A stretch of 32,000 nucleotides of DNA from Cereibacter sphaeroides 2.4.1 (GCF_000012905.2 NC_007493.2:3090001-3122000); one strand, 5' to 3'; numbered from the stretch's first letter, positions 15,703-30,017 are shown. The notes: generated by a model from the letters alone, not told the origin. Made by a program: numbers and translations.

Positions 15703-17226
15703 AAGGCTGCCGATCCACACGCCCGCAGCCGTGAGCCCAGCCCCCGCCAGCATCCAGACCATCGAATGGGTCTCGCGCTGCGGCGGTTCGTCAACCTCGG
15801 GATGGCCCTGCCGGATCAGCCGTGCCTCGACGAGTCGCGGCAGGCGCGGCCCGAACCGCCCGAGGATCCGCGCTGTCCGCAGGAGATCGCGGGCGACAGC
15901 CTTCGGCCCCACATTGTCGCGGATGTAATCCTCGACGATCGGGCGGGCGACCTGCCAGATGTTGATATGGGGATCGAGCGAGCGTGCGACCCCTTCGACG
16001 ACTACCATTGTCCGCTGAAGGAGGATCAGTTCGGTCCGCGTCTCCATGCCGAACCGCTCGGTCACCTCGAAGAGGTAGGCGAGCAGCCGCGCCATCGAGA
16101 TCCGCGAGGCATCCATGCCGAAGATGGGTTCGCCCACCGCGCGCAGGGCGCGGGCGAATTCGTCGATGTCGCGGTCGGCCGGAACGTAGCCCGCCTCGAA
16201 ATGGACTTCGGCCACGCGGCGATAGTCGCGCTGGATGAAGCCGAAGATGATCTCGGCATAGACGCGGCGGGTATATTCGTCGAGCCGCCCCATGATCCCG
16301 AAATCATAGGCGATAATATCGCCGTTCGCGGCCACCTTCAGGTTGCCCTGATGCATGTCGGCGTGAAAGAAGCCGTCGCGCAGCGCATGACTGAGGAAGA
16401 GCGAGAGCACGCGCGTGCCGAGCTCGGTCCGGTTGTGGCCGGCCGCGTCGAGCGCGGGATTGTCCGCAAGCGAGAGGCCCTCTGCCCAGCCGATGGTCAT
16501 GACTTGCCGCGCCGAAAGGTTCCAGACCGGCTTGGGCACCTGAAAGCCCGCGTCCGCCTCGGTATTCACCGCGAATTCGCCGGCCGAGGCCGACTCGAGC
16601 CGCAGGTCGAGTTCGCCGTTCACCACGCCTTCGAAATGACGGATGACCTCGGTCGGACGCAGGCGGCGCGAGGAGGGAGACAGAAGCTCGATGATCTGCG
16701 CGGCGAGATAGAAGGCGTCGATGTCGGTGCGGAAGGCGCGCTCGATCCCCGGGCGCAGGACCTTGACCGCCACCTCGACCCCGGTGTCGGCCAGCCGTGC
16801 GCGGTGGACCTGCGCGATCGAGGCCGCCGCGACTGGCTCGGAGAATTCCGAGAAGACGCGGTCGACGGGGAGATGCAGCTCCTCCTCGATCAGGGCCTTG
16901 GCGACGGACGTGGGGAAGGGCGGCAGCTTGTCCTGCAGATACTGGAGCTGCAGCGCCATCTCGGGGCCCACCACGTCGGGCCGGGTCGAGAGGATCTGTC
17001 CGAACTTGATGTAGGCCGGCCCGAGCGCCGTCAGCGCCCGCGTCGCCGGCGGCAGCGCCGGATCGCCGGGCAGCCCCAGCCACTTGAACGGCCAGCCGAG
17101 CACCCGCGCCACCACGCGCAGATTGGCGGGCGCATCCATAGCCTCGAGCACGGCGCCGATGGCGCCTGTGCGCTCCATGGTGGCAGCGGTGCGAACCAGC
17201 CGCCAGATGTTGTGGGGACCCCTCAA
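15697..17226 (-). CDS. ubiB: Ubiquinone biosynthesis protein UbiB (ABC1/ADCK kinase-like)
   Basis: 509 aa. ABC1 motifs AAASIAQVHRARL, VAVKVLRPGI and HADMHQGNL, plus a C-terminal TM segment. The apparent TTG start is 1 nt after the ubiE stop, so the exact start is uncertain. Confidence 0.92.
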   Translation of the reverse strand: MRGPHNIWRLVRTAATMERTGAIGAVLEAMDAPANLRVVARVLGWPFKWLGLPGDPALPPATRALTALGPAYIKFGQILSTRPDVVGPEMALQLQYLQDKLPPFPTSVAKALIEEELHLPVDRVFSEFSEPVAAASIAQVHRARLADTGVEVAVKVLRPGIERAFRTDIDAFYLAAQIIELLSPSSRRLRPTEVIRHFEGVVNGELDLRLESASAGEFAVNTEADAGFQVPKPVWNLSARQVMTIGWAEGLSLADNPALDAAGHNRTELGTRVLSLFLSHALRDGFFHADMHQGNLKVAANGDIIAYDFGIMGRLDEYTRRVYAEIIFGFIQRDYRRVAEVHFEAGYVPADRDIDEFARALRAVGEPIFGMDASRISMARLLAYLFEVTERFGMETRTELILLQRTMVVVEGVARSLDPHINIWQVARPIVEDYIRDNVGPKAVARDLLRTARILGRFGPRLPRLVEARLIRQGHPEVDEPPQRETHSMVWMLAGAGLTAAGVWIGSLL

Positions 17227-17227
17227 A

Positions 17228-17980
17228 TCAGATCTTCCAGCCGGAATGCAGCGCGGCGATGCCCAGGGAGAGGTTGCGGTATTTCACCAGACCGAAGCCG
17301 GCCTTGCGGATCATGTCCGCGAACGTCTCCTGATCCGGGAACTTGCGGATGGATTCCACAAGATATTGATAGCTGTCGCGGTCGTTCGCCACGATCTGCC
17401 CCATCACCGGGATCACGTTGAAGGAATAACGGTCATAGGCCCATTGCATCATCGGGTTGGGCAGCTGGCTGAACTCCAGCACCATGAGCCGGCCGCCCGG
17501 CTTCAGCACACGGTAGGCCTCGTTCAGCGCGTCCTGCACGCGGGTCACGTTCCGGATGCCGAAGCTGATCGTATAGACGTCGAACGTGTTCGAGGCGAAG
17601 GGCAGGGCCATCGCATCGCCCACCACCCAGTCGAGCCGGTCGGCCATCTGGGCCGCGTCGGCGCGTTGCCGGCCCTCGACCAGCATCGACTCGGTCATGT
17701 CGCAGACGGTCGCCTCGGCGCCCGGCGCGCGCTTGAGGAAGCGGAACGAGATGTCACCCGTGCCGCCCGCCACATCGAGGAGCTTCTGGCCCGGCCGCGG
17801 CGCGAGCCAGTCCATCATCGCGTCCTTCCAGAGCCGGTGCACGCCGCCCGACATCAGGTCGTTCATGATGTCGTATTTCGAGGCCACGCGGGTGAAGACC
17901 CCATGAACCATCCCCGCCTTCTCGCCTTCCGGAACCGTCCGGAAGCCGAAATGTGTCGTGTTGGAAGTTTCGTCGCTCAT
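17228..17980 (-). CDS. ubiE: Ubiquinone/menaquinone C-methyltransferase UbiE
   Basis: 250 aa. [25 protein letters not shown] and the SAM motif [13 protein letters not shown]. Adjacent to ubiB. Confidence 0.95.
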   Translation of the reverse strand: MSDETSNTTHFGFRTVPEGEKAGMVHGVFTRVASKYDIMNDLMSGGVHRLWKDAMMDWLAPRPGQKLLDVAGGTGDISFRFLKRAPGAEATVCDMTESMLVEGRQRADAAQMADRLDWVVGDAMALPFASNTFDVYTISFGIRNVTRVQDALNEAYRVLKPGGRLMVLEFSQLPNPMMQWAYDRYSFNVIPVMGQIVANDRDSYQYLVESIRKFPDQETFADMIRKAGFGLVKYRNLSLGIAALHSGWKI

Positions 17981-18073
17981 GGGCTCTTGTCGTCCTCTGC
18001 TGCGCCCTCTTTATAGGGCCGGGCGCGGGGGCTGCAATGGACCCCCTTGCTGCCATCTGTCGCGGAGTGGCCG

Positions 18074-18925
18074 ATGCCCGAGCTTCCAGAAGTCGAAACC
18101 GTGCGCCGGGGGCTCGAGCCCGCGATGGCGGGCAGGCTGATCGCCGAGGCGCGGGTGAACCGCGCGGATCTGCGCTGGCCCTTTCCCCCGCGCATGGCCG
18201 AGCGGCTGACGGGCCAGCGGGTTCTGCGGCTGCGGCGGCGGTCGAAGTACATTCTCGCGGACCTCTCGGGGGGGCAGTCGCTGCTGATCCATCTCGGCAT
18301 GTCGGGGCGGATGCTGGTCTCGGGCGCGCAGCTGGGAGAGTTCTTCCACGACCATCCCGCGCCCTCGCGTCACGATCATGTGGTGCTCGAGATGGAGGGA
18401 GGCGCGCGCATCACCTTCAACGATGCGCGCCGCTTCGGGGCGATGGATCTGGTGGCGACGGAGGCGGCCGAGGCCCATCCGCTGCTCGCCGTGCTGGGCC
18501 CCGAGCCGCTCGGCAACGCCTTCGACGGCGCCTATCTCGCGGCCCGGCTCGAAGGGCGGCGGACGCCGATCAAGGCGGCGCTCCTCGACCAGCGGATCGT
18601 GGCGGGCCTCGGCAACATCTATGTCTGCGAGGTGCTGTTCCGCGCAGGCCTGGCGCCCGGCCGCCTGGCGGGCAGCCTGAGCCGCGCCGAGGCCGAGGGC
18701 CTCGTGCCGCTGATCCGCGAGGTGCTCCTTGAGGCGATCGAGGCGGGCGGATCCTCGTTGCGCGATTACCGTCAGGCGGATGGCGAGCTCGGCTACTTCC
18801 AGCACACGTTCAGGGTGTACGGACGCGAGGGTTTACCCTGCGTGACGCCCGGTTGCTCCGGCACCGTGGGGCGGATCGTGCAGTCGGGACGCTCGTCCTT
18901 CCACTGCCCGCTCTGCCAGAGATGA
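18074..18925 (+). CDS. mutM: Formamidopyrimidine-DNA glycosylase
   Basis: The start is set at ATG 18074 so that the protein begins [14 protein letters not shown], since the catalytic N-terminal Pro is required. H2TH region present. C-terminal four-Cys zinc finger CVTPGC...HCPLC. Confidence 0.95.
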
Positions 18926-18985
18926 CTTGATCCCTGCCGCCGGACTGCTAGACCTTCGCGGAATTGCCATGACGAGGGAACCCGA

Positions 18986-19762
18986 ATGGCCTACGAAACC
19001 CTGATCGTCGAGATCGAGGATTATGTGGCGCTGATCCGGCTGAACCGCCCGGACGCGCTCAATGCGCTCAACAGCAAGATGATGTCCGAACTGGCCGATG
19101 CGCTCGGCGCGGCCGACCGGAACGAGAAGGTGCGCTGCATCGTCCTCACCGGGTCGGAGAAGGCCTTCGCCGCCGGTGCCGACATCAAGGAGATGGCCGA
19201 GCAGAGCTTCGTCGATGTCTTCGGCAGCGATTTCTTCACCTCGGATTCCGAGGCGATGCTGCGGGTGCGCAAGCCGATCGTGGCGGCGGTGGCGGGCTAT
19301 GCGCTCGGCGGCGGCTGCGAGCTGGCGATGATGTGCGACTTCATCATTGCCGCCGATACGGCCAAGTTCGGCCAGCCCGAGATCAACCTCGGCGTCGTGG
19401 CCGGGCTCGGCGGCACGCAGCGCCTGACGCGCTTCGTGGGCAAGTCGAAGTCCATGGACATGCATCTGACCGGCCGCTTCATGGATGCGGCCGAAGCCGA
19501 GCGCTGCGGCCTCGTGAGCCGCGTGGTACCGGCCAAGAACCTGATGGAGGAGGCGATGAAGGCCGCCTCCAAGATCAGCGAGAAGTCGCTTCTGACCGCC
19601 ATGGCGGTGAAGGAGGCGGTGAACCGCAGCTACGAGACCACGCTGCGCGAGGGTGTCCTCTTCGAGCGCCGCCTCTTCCACGCGCTTTTCGCCACCGAAG
19701 ACCAGAAGGAGGGCATGGCGGCCTTCCTCGAGAAGCGGACTCCGCAGTTCCGCGACAAGTAA
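18986..19762 (+). CDS. Enoyl-CoA hydratase (crotonase family)
   Basis: 258 aa. Crotonase motifs [17 protein letters not shown] and [27 protein letters not shown] upstream. Confidence 0.9.
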   Translation: MAYETLIVEIEDYVALIRLNRPDALNALNSKMMSELADALGAADRNEKVRCIVLTGSEKAFAAGADIKEMAEQSFVDVFGSDFFTSDSEAMLRVRKPIVAAVAGYALGGGCELAMMCDFIIAADTAKFGQPEINLGVVAGLGGTQRLTRFVGKSKSMDMHLTGRFMDAAEAERCGLVSRVVPAKNLMEEAMKAASKISEKSLLTAMAVKEAVNRSYETTLREGVLFERRLFHALFATEDQKEGMAAFLEKRTPQFRDK

Positions 19763-19797
19763 TTCGCCGGGCCGCGGCGGGAATCGATCCCTGCGGG

Positions 19798-19826
19798 TTG
19801 ACTTGTCACCGAGTCGCCCGTAAAGA
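19798..19826 (+). promoter_or_regulatory. Candidate sigma-70 promoter of rpsT
   Basis: TTGACT (19798-19803), then 17 nt, then TAAAGA (19821-19826), about 47 nt upstream of the rpsT ATG. Read by eye only. Confidence 0.35.
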
Positions 19827-19872
19827 CGCGGCTTCAACGAGAGATCGAACGTAGAGACGGAAGTCCTGATAC

Positions 19873-20151
19873 ATGGCCAACTCGCCCCAGTCCAAGAAGC
19901 GTGCCCGCCAGGCCGAGGCCCGCGCCGCCGTTAACAAGGCCCGCCGGTCGCGGATCCGCACCTTCCTGCGCAAGGTCGAGGAAGCGATCGCCACGGGTGA
20001 CGCGTCGGTTGCTGCCGCCGCCCTGAAGACCGCCCAGCCCGAGCTGGCGCGCGGTGTCACCAAGGGTGTGCTGCACAAGAACACCGTGGCCCGCAAGATG
20101 TCGCGCCTCGCGCACCGTGTGAAGGTGCTGTCGCAGCCCGCCGCAGCCTGA
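19873..20151 (+). CDS. rpsT: 30S ribosomal protein S20
   Basis: 92 aa, very basic. [30 protein letters not shown] is a typical S20 N-terminus. The rpsT-dnaA neighbourhood is common in alphaproteobacteria. Confidence 0.95.
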
Positions 20152-20175
20152 TTTTCCTGCATTGTCAGCAGGTTG

Positions 20176-20207
20176 AAACGCGCCCCTCGGGGCGCGTTTT
20201 TCATTTT
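20176..20207 (+). terminator. Rho-independent terminator of rpsT
   Basis: AAACGCGCCC-CTCG-GGGCGCGTTT forms a 10-bp stem with a 4-nt loop, followed by a T-rich tail (TTCATTTT). It lies 25 nt after the rpsT stop. Confidence 0.7.
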
Positions 20208-20689
20208 CCGCGTCTTCGATGGTCGCCTTTTGCCCGGCCTGTGGCGCTTCCGCACGGTTGCCGGGATTCGCTGCGACAAAGGATTAGTCAACAACGAAGT
20301 TCGGTTGCAGATGCTCGGCGCCGCTTGCTAGCGTCATCCCAGCGATTCACACGTCCTTGGGGGGACATGGCCGATCGCGGATTGTCATACGTTTGCTGCC
20401 AACTGCCGCGCCAAGCGGTGGGATGAATGATGTTCCGTGGTCTCGGGGTTACGATTCTTGTGCCCAAAAGGCACGATCCGCGTTGGCGGAGAAGCGACGT
20501 CATGTCCGCTTCATCCGTGGCGGTTACCCGGTAGCCGCACTGCCTGCATTCGCAGGCGGTGGGGTGGTCTCATGCGCGCCGGTCTTCCGGCGCCCCCATT
20601 TGCGTTGCTTCGCAGAACCAAAACAAGGCATCCCCGCGCATTCGGCGCGGGCGGGGCCGCAGGCGATGAACGGCGAACGGGCATAGGAA

Positions 20690-22057
20690 ATGACGAATGA
20701 GACCTGGGTTCAAGTGCGCGAAGGGCTCCTCAAGAGGGTGGGCCGCAACAATTTCGTGACCTGGATCGAGCCGCTCCGGCTCATGGGTCTCGACGAGGGT
20801 GTCGCACGGTTCGAGGTGCCCACCCTGTTCTTCGGCGACTGGGTCCAGCGCAATTTCGCGGACCATATCCGCATGCGTCTGACCGAGGCCGGTTCGCCGG
20901 TCGAGCGGCTGGAGTTTGCCGTCTCCAACACGCCCCGCGCACCGCTCAAGGAGGTCAAGGCCGCTGCCCCCGCCGCATCCCCGGCCCGCGCCCGTCCGGC
21001 GCCGCCCGAGGAGGATCTGCGCGGCGCCCCGCTCGATGCCCGCTTCACCTTCGACAGTTTCGTGGTGGGCAAGCCCAACGAGCTCGCCCATGCCGCCGCC
21101 CGCCGCGTGGCCGAAGGGGGCCCCGTCACCTTCAACCCGCTGTTCCTCTATGGCGGCGTGGGTCTCGGCAAAACGCACCTCATGCATGCCATCGCCCATG
21201 ACCTGCAGAAGCGCCAGCCGGGCGCGCGCGTGCTCTATCTCTCGGCCGAGCAGTTCATGTATCGCTTCGTTCAGGCGCTCCGCGAGCGCGAGATCCTGGG
21301 CTTCAAGGAGCTGTTCCGGTCGGTCGACGTGCTGATGGTCGATGACGTGCAGTTCATCGCTGGCAAGGACTCGACGCAGGAAGAGTTCTTCCACACGTTC
21401 AACGCGCTGGTGGACCAGAACAAGCAGATCGTCATCTCGGCCGACCGCGCGCCGGGCGAGATCAAGGATCTCGAGGAGCGGATCAAGAGCCGCCTGCAAT
21501 GCGGCCTCGTGGTGGACCTGCATCCCACCGACTACGAGCTGCGTCTGGGCATCCTCCAGCAGAAGGCCGACTTCTACCGCGAGCAGTACCGCGGCCTCGT
21601 GATCGCCGACGGTGTGCTCGAGTTTCTGGCGCACCGCATCACCACGAACGTCCGCGTGCTCGAAGGGGCCCTCACCCGCCTCTTCGCCTTCGCAAGCCTC
21701 GTGGGCCGCGAGATCACGCTCGATCTGGCACAGGACTGTCTGGCCGACATCCTGCGCGCCTCGGACCGCAAGGTCACGATCGAGGAAATTCAGCGCAAGG
21801 TGGCGGAACATTACAACATCCGCCTGTCGGACATGATCGGCCCGAAGCGCCTGCGCACCATCGCCCGGCCGCGCCAGGTGGCCATGTATCTGGCCAAGCA
21901 GCTCACGCCCCGCTCGCTGCCCGAGATCGGCCGTCGCTTCGGGGGCCGCGATCACACCACGATCATGCACGGGGTGCGCAAGATCGAGGAACTGATGGCG
22001 ACCGACTCGCAGCTGGCCGACGATCTGCAACTGCTGCGCCGTCTGCTGCAGGCCTGA
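20690..22057 (+). CDS. dnaA: Chromosomal replication initiator DnaA
   Basis: 455 aa. N-terminus MTNETWVQVREGL...FVTWIEPL. AAA+ Walker A GGVGLGKTHL and Walker B LMVDDVQF. C-terminal DNA-binding helix region ARPRQVAMYLAKQLT...GGRDHTTIMH. Confidence 0.98.
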   Translation: MTNETWVQVREGLLKRVGRNNFVTWIEPLRLMGLDEGVARFEVPTLFFGDWVQRNFADHIRMRLTEAGSPVERLEFAVSNTPRAPLKEVKAAAPAASPARARPAPPEEDLRGAPLDARFTFDSFVVGKPNELAHAAARRVAEGGPVTFNPLFLYGGVGLGKTHLMHAIAHDLQKRQPGARVLYLSAEQFMYRFVQALREREILGFKELFRSVDVLMVDDVQFIAGKDSTQEEFFHTFNALVDQNKQIVISADRAPGEIKDLEERIKSRLQCGLVVDLHPTDYELRLGILQQKADFYREQYRGLVIADGVLEFLAHRITTNVRVLEGALTRLFAFASLVGREITLDLAQDCLADILRASDRKVTIEEIQRKVAEHYNIRLSDMIGPKRLRTIARPRQVAMYLAKQLTPRSLPEIGRRFGGRDHTTIMHGVRKIEELMATDSQLADDLQLLRRLLQA

Positions 22058-22077
22058 GCCTGTGGCCCGGGGGGCGC

Positions 22078-22105
22078 TTGACGCTCCCCGCAATCCATCC
22101 ATAGT
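22078..22105 (+). promoter_or_regulatory. Candidate promoter of dnaN in the dnaA-dnaN spacer
   Basis: TTGACG (22078-22083), then 16 nt, then CATAGT (22100-22105). The -35 lies inside a 9-bp-stem hairpin (22068-22090) that follows the dnaA stop. By eye only. Confidence 0.3.
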
Positions 22106-22174
22106 CGGGAAAAATCTTGAGGTTCGGTGCGAAACCGGGCAGTTTCGGCGTCCGCGTCAAGAAGGGGTGAGGGA

Positions 22175-23293
22175 ATGAAGATCAGCATCGAGCGCGGGGC
22201 TCTGCTCAAGGCCGTGGGTCAGGCCCAGTCGGTCGTCGAGCGTCGAAACACGATTCCGATCCTCGCGAACGTCCTGATCGAGGCCGAAGGCGACACCGTG
22301 TCCTTCCGCGCGACAGACCTCGACATCGAAGTGGTGGACCGCACGCCCGCGGTGGTCGAGCGTGCGGGCGCCACCACCGTCTCGGCGGTCATGCTGCACG
22401 AGATCGTCCGCAAGCTGCCTGATGGCGCGCTTGTGGGCCTGTCCGAGGACCCGGCCTCGGGGCGGCTCACGGTGACGGCGGGCCGGTCGGTCTTCAGCCT
22501 CGCGACCCTGCCCAGGGAAGATTTTCCGGTGATGGCGAGCTCGGAATACAGCTCGACCTTCAAGGCGCCGGCCCCCGTGCTGCGGCGGCTGTTCGACAAG
22601 GCCAAATTCGCGATCTCGACCGAGGAGACACGCTATTACCTCAACGGCGTCTACATGCATGTGGCGACGGGCGAGGAGGGGTCGGTTCTGCGCTGCGTGG
22701 CGACCGACGGCCATCGGCTGGCGCGGATCGATGCGGCCCTGCCCGAGGGGGCGCAGGGTATGCCCGGGGTGATCGTGCCGCGCAAGACCGTGAACGAGCT
22801 GCGCAAGCTGCTGGACGATGACGAGGTGGAGATCGCAGTCTCGGTCTCGGAGACGAAGGTGCGCTTCGCCACCCCGCAGATCACCATGACCTCGAAGGTC
22901 ATCGACGGGACCTTCCCCGATTACAGCCGCGTGATCCCGACCGCGAATGCGCGCCGGCTCGAGGTGGATGCCCAGGAATTTGCCAAGGCCGTGGACCGGG
23001 TGGCCACCGTCTCGTCGGAACGGTCGCGGGCGGTGAAGCTCTCGCTCGACGAGGACCGGCTGGTTCTGTCGGTCAATGCGCCCGACTCTGGCGCGGCCGA
23101 AGAGGAGCTGGCGGTGGCCTACGGCGACGAGCGGCTGGAGATCGGCTTCAACGCCAAATATCTCCTCGAGATCGCGAGCCAGGTGGACCGCGAGAATGCC
23201 GTCTTCCTGTTCAATTCCTCGGGCGATCCGACGCTGATGCGCGAAGGCAACGACATGTCGGCGGTCTATGTCGTGATGCCGATGCGCGTGTGA
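22175..23293 (+). CDS. dnaN: DNA polymerase III beta sliding clamp
   Basis: The start is set at ATG 22175 (MKISIERGALLKAV...) after GAAGGGGTGAGGG. This gives 372 aa. Typical clamp N-terminus RRNTIPILANVLIEAEGDTVSFRATDLDIE. Confidence 0.97.
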   Translation: MKISIERGALLKAVGQAQSVVERRNTIPILANVLIEAEGDTVSFRATDLDIEVVDRTPAVVERAGATTVSAVMLHEIVRKLPDGALVGLSEDPASGRLTVTAGRSVFSLATLPREDFPVMASSEYSSTFKAPAPVLRRLFDKAKFAISTEETRYYLNGVYMHVATGEEGSVLRCVATDGHRLARIDAALPEGAQGMPGVIVPRKTVNELRKLLDDDEVEIAVSVSETKVRFATPQITMTSKVIDGTFPDYSRVIPTANARRLEVDAQEFAKAVDRVATVSSERSRAVKLSLDEDRLVLSVNAPDSGAAEEELAVAYGDERLEIGFNAKYLLEIASQVDRENAVFLFNSSGDPTLMREGNDMSAVYVVMPMRV

Positions 23294-23303
23294 CGAAGGG
23301 CGC

Positions 23304-23322
23304 GCGGGGGCGCTGCCCCCGC
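23304..23322 (+). other. GC hairpin downstream of dnaN (possible weak terminator or attenuator)
   Basis: GCGGGGGC-GCT-GCCCCCGC forms an 8-bp stem 10 nt after the dnaN stop. The T4 run sits only 12 nt further on, so it is not a canonical intrinsic terminator. Confidence 0.3.
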
Positions 23323-23360
23323 ACCCCCGGGATATTTTCCCCAGAATGAAAGGAGAAGGG

Positions 23361-24448
23361 ATGCGCGGGCTTGCCGTCACATCCCTCGCTCTCTCGCACT
23401 TCCGCTCGCATCGTGCGGCGCGGATGGGGTTCGACGGGCGGCCGGTGGCCTTCGTGGGGTCGAACGGAGCAGGCAAGACCAACCTGCTCGAGGCGATCTC
23501 GCTGCTTTCGCCGGGGCGGGGGTTGCGGCGCGCGGCGGCCGACGAGATCGCGCGGCGGCCCGAGGCGCTCGGCTGGAAGGTGGCGGCCGCGGTGACGGGC
23601 CTTCATTCCGGGCATGAGATCGAGACCTGGGCCGAGGGTGGCGGCGCTCGGCAGGTGCGGGTCGATGGCAAGGCCGCGACGCAGGTGATGCTCGGGCGGC
23701 TGCTGCGCATCGTCTGGCTGGTGCCTGCGATGGACCGGCTCTGGACCGAAGCCGCGGAGGGGCGGCGGCGCTTTCTGGACCGGGTGGCGATGAGTTTCGC
23801 GCCCCATCATGCCGAGGCGGTGCTCGATTACGAGAAGGCCATGCGCGAGCGGAACCGGCTCCTGAAGGAGCAGGTGGCCGATGCCCACTGGCATGGCGCG
23901 CTCGAGGGGCGGATGGCCGAGGCCGCGCGGGCGATCCGGGCGCACCGGGACGAGGCGGTGGCGCGTCTGATGGCGGCGCAGGGGGCGGCCGAGACGGCCT
24001 TTCCGAGGGCGATGCTGTCCGTGGCCTCGGACGATCCCGAGGATCTCGGCGCCGCCTGGGCCGAGGGGCGGCGGCGCGACATGGCCGCGGGGCGGACGCT
24101 GGTGGGGCCGCATCGCGCGGATCTGACGGCGATCTATGCAGCCAAGGACGTTCCTGCCGCGCAATGCTCGACGGGCGAGCAGAAGGCGCTTCTCATCTCG
24201 CTCATTCTTGCCAATGCCCGCGCGCTGGCCGAAGATCTGGGTGCGGCCCCCGTGCTGCTTCTGGATGAAGTGGCGGCCCATCTGGATGAAGGGCGGCGGG
24301 CGGCGCTTTTCGACGAGATCTGCGCGCTCGGCGCGCAGGCCTTCATGACCGGCACGGGGCCGGAACTGTTCACGGCGCTCGGCGACCGGGCGCAGCGGAT
24401 CGAAGTGACGGAAGCCCAAGGGCTTTCGCAGACAAGGGACATCGGGCC

Positions 24449-24452
<4 letters not shown>
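23361..24452 (+). CDS. recF: DNA replication and repair protein RecF
   Basis: ATG 23361 directly follows AGGAGAAGGG; the track start at 23346 lacks an SD. Walker A GSNGAGKTNLLEAISLL, signature STGEQKALLISL and Walker B VLLLDEVAAHLD. Confidence 0.95.
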
Positions 24453-28644
<4,192 letters not shown>

Positions 28645-28733
28645 GAACGAACTCTCCAATGTGATCGGGAACGCGACCCGTCTCGGCGCGGTTCCGCCCT
28701 TTTCCGCGCGGCGGGGGCGGTCTATGAGGGCCC

Positions 28734-29810
28734 ATGCGCAAATCCCTGACTGACATCTACGAAGCCCGCGTCGATGCGGAAGAGCTGCGGGCCGACCCCG
28801 CGCAACATGCGGTGCTCGAGGATCTGGAGGGGATCCGTCAGTGGCTCGAGGCCCACCCCGAGCGCAAGCGCGGCCTCTTCGGCCTCTTTGCCGCCAAGGA
28901 GGAGCCGCCGAAGGGCCTCTATCTCTGGGGCGGCGTCGGCCGCGGCAAGTCGATGATCATGGATCTCTTCACCGAGGCGGTGGAGATCCCGATGAAGCGA
29001 CGCGTGCATTTCCATGCCTTCATGCAGGAGGTGCAGCAGGGGATGCACGAGGCCCGCAAGAAGGGCGTCGAGGATGCCCTCCAGCCGGTCGCCGACAGCG
29101 TGGCGGGGCAGGTGCGGCTGCTGGCCTTCGACGAGATGCAGATCACCGACATCACCGACGCGATGGTGGTGGGGCGGCTGTTCCAGAAGCTGTTCGAGCA
29201 GGGCGTGGTGATCGTGACCACCTCGAACCGGCCGCCCGAGGGGCTGTACGAGAACGGGCTCAACCGCGAGGTCTTCCTGCCCTTCATCGACCTCCTGCGC
29301 GAGCGGATGACGGTGATCGAGCTGGAAAGCCCGACCGACTACCGCCAGCACAGGCTGCAGGGGGCGCAGGTCTTCTTCCATCCGGCGCGCAAGGCCGAGC
29401 AGGCGATCGCGCGGATCTGGTCCGACCTGACGGGCGGCGACCGGGGCCATCCGATGCGGCTGCCGGTGAACGGACGGACGGTCGAGATTCCGCGCTTCGC
29501 GAATGGCGTGGGCCGCGCGACCTTCTGGGGTCTCTGCGCCCGCCCGCTGGGACCTGCCGATTTCCTCGCCATCGCCGAGGCCTGCCGGGTGCTGATCCTC
29601 GAGGACATTCCCCGGCTCTCGGCGGAAAACTACAATGAGGCCAAGCGGTTCGTGACCCTGATCGACGCGCTCTACGAGGCGCGGGTCCGGCTGATCGCCT
29701 CGGCCGCGGACGAGCCCGAGCGGCTCTATATCGAAGGCGAAGGGTCGTTCGAATTCGAGCGGACGGCCAGCCGCCTGCGCGAGATGCAATCTGCCGACTG
29801 GGCGAACTGA
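28734..29810 (+). CDS. zapE: AFG1-like ATPase / cell division protein ZapE
   Basis: 358 aa. Walker A LYLWGGVGRGKSMIMD and Walker B LLAFDEMQITDI. C-terminal ERTASRLREMQS is typical of the AFG1/ZapE family. Confidence 0.88.
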   Translation: MRKSLTDIYEARVDAEELRADPAQHAVLEDLEGIRQWLEAHPERKRGLFGLFAAKEEPPKGLYLWGGVGRGKSMIMDLFTEAVEIPMKRRVHFHAFMQEVQQGMHEARKKGVEDALQPVADSVAGQVRLLAFDEMQITDITDAMVVGRLFQKLFEQGVVIVTTSNRPPEGLYENGLNREVFLPFIDLLRERMTVIELESPTDYRQHRLQGAQVFFHPARKAEQAIARIWSDLTGGDRGHPMRLPVNGRTVEIPRFANGVGRATFWGLCARPLGPADFLAIAEACRVLILEDIPRLSAENYNEAKRFVTLIDALYEARVRLIASAADEPERLYIEGEGSFEFERTASRLREMQSADWAN

Positions 29811-30017
29811 GCGGGGACGGCACCCGCTCAGGCCGCGCTGTCGGGCCGGCCCTGTCGCGGTAGGGCGGGACCGGTATGACCGAACATCAACGAAGGCGTG
29901 GGATGGATCGCTCCCGGCAACCCAAGGCCGGGTGCGCGCCAGAGGGCGACCCCGGCTGAGGGCTGCAAACCTGCTGTCCCTCCGGTCTTGGACCTTGCGT
30001 CCGCCTGCCCGCCGGGC

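Noticed and set aside
15766-17421. 551-aa ORF antisense to ubiB and ubiE
   Set aside because: Shadow ORF opposite two genes with clear family motifs. Its composition is Arg/Gly/Asp/His-biased.
20357-20686. 109-aa ORF (and other short ORFs) inside the rpsT-dnaA spacer
   Set aside because: No SD, and an implausible Arg/Gly/Pro/Cys-scattered composition. Several alternative overlapping frames are equally open. The region is better explained as promoter and leader.
20208-20689. oriC located in the rpsT-dnaA spacer
   Set aside because: I saw no cluster of consensus DnaA boxes and no AT-rich unwinding element. The co-orientation of rpsT and upstream genes with dnaA also argues against an origin here. 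It is kept only as a testable alternative in the findings.
20570-22102. 510-aa ORF antisense to dnaA
   Set aside because: Shadow ORF. dnaA on the + strand has unmistakable AAA+ and DNA-binding motifs, and the antisense product has none.
29809-29829. Hairpin GAGCGGG-GACGGCA-CCCGCTC right after the zapE stop, considered as a terminator
   Set aside because: The 7-bp stem is real, but there is no T-tract on either side, so I do not call it an intrinsic terminator. The rest of the 207-bp zapE/serB convergent spacer shows only imperfect GC palindromes and no RNA-gene signature.
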